NCBI GenBank assembly: GCA_049687935.1
Contig: JBAVJU010000199.1
Location: 7,727-71,726 of the forward strand
Direction of reading: 5' to 3'
From: Desulfobacterales bacterium
GTDB lineage: Bacteria; Desulfobacterota; Desulfobacteria; Desulfobacterales; SG8-13
DNA: 64,000 bases
The notes beneath the pieces are model-generated. The model was given only the letters and a program-made list of their open reading frames with translations, was not told the origin of the DNA and searched no databases. Of the stretch, positions 58,277 through 64,000 are shown one piece after another. Within the stretch, counting starts at the first letter, position 1. Each line of letters starts with the position of its first letter. Made by a program: the position numbers and the translations under genes.

Positions 58277-58798
58277 ATGCATATCGTTGGAGCGAGCGTG
58301 GATATAGCCTATAAATTCGAAGGATATCGTATTCTACTGGTCCACAACGAAGAGCCCATCTGGGATGTTATTCACTCCCGGATCATGGAAACCGATTGCG
58401 ATTTGTTTGCCGTAAATTCGGCCAAAGACGCTTTGACCTTAATGCAACTCATGGACTTCGATATTATCATCAGCGCTTATGACCGAAACCAGACGAATGG
58501 GCGGGAATTGTTCCAAAATGTGAACGGATTGAATCGGAATGCCATAAAGATCCTGCAGAAAAAACGTCGTGACAGCGGCATGAAGTGGCGTTTTCTGCTG
58601 AGTGGCGTTGACGGCTTGAGTAGAAATTCACTCGAATTGGAAAGCATGCTGGCCGTTATTTCATATCAGTTCGATGGGAATGGCGGCGTTGGCCAGCATG
58701 ATGCGGGCATCGACCACCACACATGCTGTTCCGGTGCACTTGACCGGGTTGAGATCGATGGTGTCGATGCGGTCCGCAATGTCCATGACCAAAACTGA
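58277..58798 (+). CDS. Degenerate receiver-like (pseudo-receiver) protein; 3' end uncertain
   Basis: The pattern is RILLVHNEEP...FDIIISAYDRNQTNG. The acidic pocket and the phospho-acceptor Asp are not conserved. The last ~46 codons overlap the well-supported convergent gene ending at 58661. Confidence 0.35.
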   Translation: MHIVGASVDIAYKFEGYRILLVHNEEPIWDVIHSRIMETDCDLFAVNSAKDALTLMQLMDFDIIISAYDRNQTNGRELFQNVNGLNRNAIKILQKKRRDSGMKWRFLLSGVDGLSRNSLELESMLAVISYQFDGNGGVGQHDAGIDHHTCCSGALDRVEIDGVDAVRNVHDQN

Positions 58799-59362
58799 AA
58801 AATGATGAACCAGGCGTATCAGGGCCGGCATGTCGATCGGCTCCGCGCCGCGATACCCTTTTAAAAGTCTAGCGCCTTTGAGGCTTTCCACCATTGAAGA
58901 GACATCGCTGTCCAAAAGCGGGGCCATTCTCAAGGCGGTGTCCTGATAGATTTCCACTCCGGTGCCGCCGATACCCAGCAATATGATCGGGCCGAACTGG
59001 TAGTCGATTTTCGCACCGATGATCAGCTCGACCCCCGATACCAACGGCTCGATGAGGACTCCGGCAAATCCCTCCAACCGGCTGAAACCCCTGAAGACAT
59101 CGGTCAATGCATCTGCATCTTCGAGGCCGACGGCCACGCCCTTGACCTCGGATTTGTGCACGATGGCCGGAGAGACGATCTTGGCCACCACCGGGTAGCC
59201 GATATCCTCAGCGGCGGCAAGGGCCTCGGGCAGAGTCGTTACCCAGCGAAAATCGGGCACGGGAATCCCGGCCAAAGAGAGCATCTGCTTGGCTTCCGGT
59301 TCCAATACCCAGCCGTATTTCTCGGCACGGCGAATGATGTCCTTCATGTTCTTATTCAGCAT
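58661..59362 (-). CDS. ADP-forming acetyl-CoA synthetase beta-like subunit (ATP-grasp domain)
   Basis: 233 aa from the ATG at 59362 (MLNKNMKDIIRRAEKYGW...). ATP-grasp-like VVAKIVSPAIVHKSEVKGV. The start overlaps the upstream stop by 7 nt. Confidence 0.8.
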   Translation of the reverse strand: MLNKNMKDIIRRAEKYGWVLEPEAKQMLSLAGIPVPDFRWVTTLPEALAAAEDIGYPVVAKIVSPAIVHKSEVKGVAVGLEDADALTDVFRGFSRLEGFAGVLIEPLVSGVELIIGAKIDYQFGPIILLGIGGTGVEIYQDTALRMAPLLDSDVSSMVESLKGARLLKGYRGAEPIDMPALIRLVHHFSVLVMDIADRIDTIDLNPVKCTGTACVVVDARIMLANAAIPIELI

Positions 59363-60723
59363 GTCCGGCACCTCCGCAGGGCCTCGACCATCAGCACCGC
59401 CCCATCGATGGAAGACGAGACCGGGACGTTGTTCAGTTCGAAACCCTCGATCAACATCCGGTATTTTTCCTGGTGGGGCACGTAAGCCACCAGCGGTTTG
59501 TTCTCGCGCCGGAACACGTGGCTCAACCGGGCCCCGAGGTCGGAACTGATCCCGGGTGAGTACGGCAGCAAAAGCAAGATCACGCAATCGACCTCCGAAG
59601 CCTGGCTCAGTCCGTTGGCGGCCGCCACAAAATCGTCATCCCGGGCACTGCCGGTCAAATCGACGGGGTTTTCGAGGGAGGCGATCCCCTGAACGCTCGC
59701 GGACAGGTTCTCCTGTATCTTTTGTCGGGTATCTTGGGACAGCTGAGGGACGGCCAAGCCCCTGGCGGCGCAGATATCGGTAACGAGGACGCCGTGCCCG
59801 CCGCTGACGGTGATGATGCCCACCCGACCCTGGACCTTCTGGCGGTAACAGCTGAGGGACTCGCAGAAAGACACCATCTCGAACTCGTTGTCGGCTTCCA
59901 CGATACCGTGCTGGGCCAATACGGAGGAGAAGACTTTGTGGTCGCCAGCCAGAGAGGCGGTGTGACTGGAGGCCGCCCGCCGGCCCTCGGTGCTTTTGCC
60001 GGACTTGAGCACGATGATCGGCTTGGGGACGCTTGCGGCAGCTTGGACGAAACGGCGGCCCTCATTTTTGTCAAAACCCTCCACGTAGAAGGCAATCACG
60101 CGAGTCGCGGGATCTTCGGACAGGTAATCCAGCATGTCCAGCTCACGGATAAGGGCCTTGTTGCCGATGCTCACCGCGAGAGACAGCCCGACCCCTTGCT
60201 CGGCGAACTTGACCATCTGATCCACCAGCACGCCGCCGCTTTGGCTGATGATGGCGACCTGTCCGGGATCGGGACGCACCAGGCGCTCTCCGGGCAGGAA
60301 GAAAGTGTCGAAGCGGGTCGGTGCGTAGATCCCCAAGCAGTTGGGCCCGATGAAGGGAAAGCCGGCTGCCCGTGCTAAAGCGACCAGCCGCTCCTGCAGA
60401 TCTGCGCGCCCGCTTTCGGCAAATCCGCCTGAAATGATCACGGCCCCGCCGACACCGTTTTTGATACAGCGCTCGAGAATATCCGGGACGAATTCGGCGC
60501 GGGCAGCGACCACCGCCAGATCGATACGGGCCGGGACGTCGGCGATGTCGGCGTAGACCCGGTCCCTCTGGAACTGTCCGCCGCGGGGATTGACCGGGTA
60601 GACTTTTACGGGGTACCGCAGGTGAATTTTATTGTAGATGACATTGGCCGGGTGGCGGTCATTGGTCAGCGACACGCCCAGAACGGCGATGGTTTTGGGA
60701 TGAAAGAGCGGGGTGAAATCCAA
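59356..60723 (-). CDS. ADP-forming acetyl-CoA synthetase alpha-like subunit (CoA-binding plus CoA-ligase domains)
   Basis: IAVLGVS...YPVNP CoA-binding start. GPNCLGI. Phosphohistidine-loop-like SHTASLAG. Confidence 0.85.
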   Translation of the reverse strand: MDFTPLFHPKTIAVLGVSLTNDRHPANVIYNKIHLRYPVKVYPVNPRGGQFQRDRVYADIADVPARIDLAVVAARAEFVPDILERCIKNGVGGAVIISGGFAESGRADLQERLVALARAAGFPFIGPNCLGIYAPTRFDTFFLPGERLVRPDPGQVAIISQSGGVLVDQMVKFAEQGVGLSLAVSIGNKALIRELDMLDYLSEDPATRVIAFYVEGFDKNEGRRFVQAAASVPKPIIVLKSGKSTEGRRAASSHTASLAGDHKVFSSVLAQHGIVEADNEFEMVSFCESLSCYRQKVQGRVGIITVSGGHGVLVTDICAARGLAVPQLSQDTRQKIQENLSASVQGIASLENPVDLTGSARDDDFVAAANGLSQASEVDCVILLLLPYSPGISSDLGARLSHVFRRENKPLVAYVPHQEKYRMLIEGFELNNVPVSSSIDGAVLMVEALRRCRTC

Positions 60724-60746
60724 ATCAGCCTCCGGTCGACTTCCAG

Positions 60747-61313
60747 TCAGATTTTTTTACCGATTTCAAACGCTCGGCCCAGGTAGTGACCGATTCCGTG
60801 GTAAGAGCGGATCTCCGGGCCGAAAATAATCGGCGCCACTTTTTCGATATCCGGCAGGCCGTTGTCGTCGACAACCGCATCTTCGGCTTTGACATCCATG
60901 ATTTCGCCGATAAATTGGGTGTGGAGACCGATTTCCACTGTCCGAATGAGTTTGCATTCAAGGATCAGCGGAAATTCGGCGATGTAAGGCGCGTCAACAA
61001 GATCGCTCCTCACGGCGGTCAGACCCGTAGCGGCAAATTTGTCGGTCGTTCGACCGCTGACCATCCCGAAGTAATCGGCCTCACGGACAAATTTCTCCGA
61101 AGGGATGTTCAGCGTGTAGGCCTGCCGCTCGACGATGTTGGCGTAACTGTAACGCGGCTTCTGGAGCGCCACGTAAACACATGGAGGCTTGGAGCAGCAG
61201 ATGCCGCCCCACGCGGCCGTCATGCCGTTGGGCCGTCCGTCTTTGTCATAGGTTCCCACGATCCATACCGGTGTGGGAAACACCAGGGTCTTGGCACCCA
61301 GGGATTTTTTCAT
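60747..61313 (-). CDS. Flavin reductase family protein (flavoredoxin-like)
   Basis: PTPVWIVGTYDKDGRPNGMTAAWGG matches the flavin reductase-like FMN-binding fold. Confidence 0.85.
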   Translation of the reverse strand: MKKSLGAKTLVFPTPVWIVGTYDKDGRPNGMTAAWGGICCSKPPCVYVALQKPRYSYANIVERQAYTLNIPSEKFVREADYFGMVSGRTTDKFAATGLTAVRSDLVDAPYIAEFPLILECKLIRTVEIGLHTQFIGEIMDVKAEDAVVDDNGLPDIEKVAPIIFGPEIRSYHGIGHYLGRAFEIGKKI

Positions 61314-61535
61314 CGGTTTTTCCTAAGCCTTTTTCGGGGGGTTTTTGTAAGAGGTGCACCGGCCTCGGCATGTCATCGCCAGTTTATCATCTGTAAACAG
61401 GTACCTATTAGAGCCACCGGTATTTGTCAATTCGACGGTTCATTTGAGCGCCATTTACCGTGATTGGTCTTCCCAATATGAATCGGCCGCCGTTTCGCGT
61501 GCGGCAAGGGACGACGTCCTGTGCCACCGTCAAAC

Positions 61536-61976
61536 TCAGGAGTCAGTCTCGCCTGTGGTTTCATCGATCCATCGATACCCTTGATAGGCGGTCATGAAAC
61601 CGTGAATGCCGTTTTTTTCAAACCATGTTGGGTCCCAGGCTTGGTCTTCCACAAGGTCGATAAATTTATCATTGAAAACGTAAACCCAGGCCGAAATCCG
61701 GCTGCCGTTCGGGAGTGAGCAGACCGCTTTCTTTTTGGTGTAATAAGCCCCCTCAAAGCGGTCCAACCGCACAGCGTCGCGTTGCCCGACGTCCAGGTAG
61801 ACCACGCCGTCGACCTGATCGTCCGCAGTGCCCGGGACAAGGGCCGGGTAGGCTTCCCCCCTGATCTGTCGGCGCTGATAGCCGAAAAGCCGTGCGTTTG
61901 TTTTCCGGTAAGTGCCGGCTACCACGACGGTCCACACCCGGTCGAACATGAGGGAACCGTAGGTGAAAATGTTCAT
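61536..61976 (-). CDS. Gamma-glutamylcyclotransferase (AIG2/GGACT-like) family protein
   Basis: MNIFTYGSLM...YPALV...GVVY motifs. The ATG at 61976 overlaps the upstream stop (ATGA). Confidence 0.75.
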   Translation of the reverse strand: MNIFTYGSLMFDRVWTVVVAGTYRKTNARLFGYQRRQIRGEAYPALVPGTADDQVDGVVYLDVGQRDAVRLDRFEGAYYTKKKAVCSLPNGSRISAWVYVFNDKFIDLVEDQAWDPTWFEKNGIHGFMTAYQGYRWIDETTGETDS

Positions 61977-62914
61977 TTGACCAACCTTGAGCGCCTCGCG
62001 AAGATATAACGAAGAGTGATATATTCCAGATGATCCGGACCGGTTCCGCAACAGCCGCCCAGAATTTTGATGCCGTGGTGCTGATTTAAAAGAATCATCC
62101 GGTTGCCCCAATCGTCGACCGGATCGGCCTGGAGCAGTTCACTTCCGTCCAGTTCCGAGTGATCAAACGACGAGGCATTGGCCTGAAAACCGATCAATCG
62201 CGCCGCCGCTTTTCGGGGCAGCCGTCCGGCTTGAAGAAAGGACGGGTAGGCGCAATTGATCATATAGCCGAGCGGCCGCCGCCGGCACGCCGTGTCGATT
62301 TTTTGGATAGCCTGTTCCAAGGACTGGCCGTCTAAAATACGTCCTCGACGATTGATCACGAAGCTGATGATGTACGGAAGCTCGGTGGTTTGCATGGCCT
62401 GTGCGATACCGCAGGCTTCGTCGAGCGCCGGTAGAGTTGCGGCCAGAAGAAAGTCGACCCCTTCATCCGCCAGCCGGTGAACCTGCGCCAGATGGAAGGC
62501 TTCGGCTGCCGAGGTCGACATCCCTTCCTCCGGCTTGTAACAGTCGTTTTTACAACCGACAAGACCTGCAATGAAAAGGTTTGAGCGTCGGTTCATCCAG
62601 CGGTTTCTCAACTGCTTGAGAAATGCGACAGCATCGCCGTTCACGTCCCGTGTGATGCCGGCGGCAGAGATGCGCTCGGGATTGGCCCGCCACGTCGGCG
62701 TACAGATAACCATCGGGACTCCGGCCTTTTGGGCGATGGATACATATTTGCGGTAGACGCTGGCCAAAGCGGCTCGGCCGGGACCGTCGTAAATCATGAG
62801 CGCGTTCTCGAGGCGGGGGTGCAGCGCGGTCGCGCCCGATCGCCGCAGCGCTTCGATGACGGCCGCCTCCGCCAGCATGAAGTCTGTCTTCTCGAGTGAT
62901 TCGTCAAACTGCAT
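61973..62914 (-). CDS. Homocysteine S-methyltransferase family protein
   Basis: Zinc-ligand regions (GCKNDCY, GGCCGTGPDHL) in a ~310-aa Hcy-binding domain. Confidence 0.85.
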   Translation of the reverse strand: MQFDESLEKTDFMLAEAAVIEALRRSGATALHPRLENALMIYDGPGRAALASVYRKYVSIAQKAGVPMVICTPTWRANPERISAAGITRDVNGDAVAFLKQLRNRWMNRRSNLFIAGLVGCKNDCYKPEEGMSTSAAEAFHLAQVHRLADEGVDFLLAATLPALDEACGIAQAMQTTELPYIISFVINRRGRILDGQSLEQAIQKIDTACRRRPLGYMINCAYPSFLQAGRLPRKAAARLIGFQANASSFDHSELDGSELLQADPVDDWGNRMILLNQHHGIKILGGCCGTGPDHLEYITLRYIFARRSRLVK

Positions 62915-63222
62915 CGATCAAAGGGATCAGTTGGTATTTTTTCCGGTCCGGCCAACAGGCCCTGCGTGTCAGCCATTGCAAATATACCCAGAATAGCATA
63001 TTTGACAACAGAAACGGTGAGCGGATCCGCTTTCGGCGATGATACGGAAAAATAAAAAAACTGACCGGTGTCACTAAGTACTCTTTAATGTCATTGCGAT
63101 CTTATTGTAAAATCCCTCCCGACCTTCCTTATTTCCCCGCCTGCGCAAAGAGGAAAGACGGATTTTTAAAGGGAATTTGTCGAGTTATATTAAAATAATA
63201 AAAAAAGAGGAACACTTATTCC

Positions 63223-64000
63223 ATGAGTGATCAACCCAACAAGATCATCTATTCGATGATCGGTGTCGCCAAATATCATGACAAGCGACCCGTGCTGCAG
63301 GACATATCTCTATCCTATTTTTACGGTGCCAAAATTGGGGTGCTGGGACTGAACGGGTCCGGAAAGAGTTCCCTGCTGCGCATCATGGCCGGGGTCGACA
63401 AAGACTTTGTCGGTCAGACGATCGTTTCCCCCGGGTTTACGATCGGTTTTCTCGAGCAGGAACCGGCTTTAAACGAGGCTAAAAACGTGCGGGAAGTCGT
63501 CCAAGAAGGTGTACAGGAAACCGTGGATCTGCTGGAGGCTTACAACCGCATCAACGATCAGTTGGCCGAACCGATGTCCGAAGAAGACATGAACCGTCTC
63601 CTCGGGCGCCAGGGAGAAATTCAGGAGCAATTGGAGTCCCGCGATGCCTGGGATCTCGACTCGCGGCTCGAGATGGCCATGGAGGCGCTGCGCTGTCCGC
63701 CGGGAGAAACACCGGTTAAGATCCTGTCGGGCGGTGAGCGGCGGCGGGTAGCGCTCTGCCGGCTGTTGCTGCAGAAACCCGATATCCTGCTGCTCGACGA
63801 GCCCACCAACCATCTCGATGCCGAAACCGTGGCCTGGTTGGAGCATCATCTACAGCAGTATGCGGGCACCGTCATCGCCGTGACCCACGATCGCTATTTT
63901 TTGGACAATGTCGCCGGCTGGATTCTGGAATTGGACCGCGGACGGGGAATCCCCTGGAAGGGGAACTACAGCTCGTGGTTGGAGCAGAAACAGAACCGTC
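63223..64000 (+). CDS. ettA: ABC-F ATPase, EttA-like (partial; runs off the window end)
   Basis: IIYSMIGVAKYHDKRPVLQDISLSYFYGAKIGVLGLNGSGKSSLLRIMAG and LSGGERRRVALCRLLL. There is no stop codon before 64000. Confidence 0.9.
   Translation, partial: MSDQPNKIIYSMIGVAKYHDKRPVLQDISLSYFYGAKIGVLGLNGSGKSSLLRIMAGVDKDFVGQTIVSPGFTIGFLEQEPALNEAKNVREVVQEGVQETVDLLEAYNRINDQLAEPMSEEDMNRLLGRQGEIQEQLESRDAWDLDSRLEMAMEALRCPPGETPVKILSGGERRRVALCRLLLQKPDILLLDEPTNHLDAETVAWLEHHLQQYAGTVIAVTHDRYFLDNVAGWILELDRGRGIPWKGNYSSWLEQKQNR

Overview
This is a 64-kb chromosomal window from a moderately GC-rich Gram-negative anaerobe. The gene content looks Desulfobacterota/deltaproteobacterial, but I cannot verify the taxon from sequence alone.

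Most of the window is core housekeeping:
- LPS heptose synthesis: hldE-hldD.
- purN, trxA, bamD, rpmB, spoT/relA, proS-ispG.
- A long minus-strand run: rpiB-glyA-dCMP deaminase-nrdR-ribD-ribE-ribBA-ribH-nusB.
- rpmF-ACAD-fabG-acpP-fabF.
- gltX plus tRNA-Gln(CUG), and glnS.
- nifU-nifS, serA, and a partial ettA.

Three less ordinary regions are embedded in this background.

1. About 26.5-37.2 kb is a visibly AT-richer, self-contained type IV filament locus that resembles MSHA and T2SS systems.
   - It encodes PilM/N-fusion, PilO-like and PilP-like proteins, a lipoprotein secretin, two prepilins, PilC, a PilB/MshE-type ATPase, a TPR protein and a PilZN-PilZ protein.
   - Each of its three transcription units is preceded by a sigma54-type -24/-12 element.
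   - It sits next to tRNA-Gln and a deletion-fused vapBC remnant, and it separates yceD from rpmF.

2. 43.0-48.5 kb is a TroA/Mnt-type metal ABC importer. Both permeases carry C-terminal DtxR-like repressor domains (YtgCR-like), and a separate DtxR/MntR gene lies alongside.

3. 48.9-54.1 kb is a small envelope-protein locus.
   - It contains a secreted small protein, a beta-helix lipoprotein, a TolB-N/TPR membrane protein with an unrecognisable N-terminal cytoplasmic domain, and a DUF1207-like protein.
   - It is bordered by a tRNA-Gln-like 3' fragment.

I saw no CRISPR array, intact mobile element, integrase or rRNA. Many long ORFs in the track are antisense shadows of real genes.
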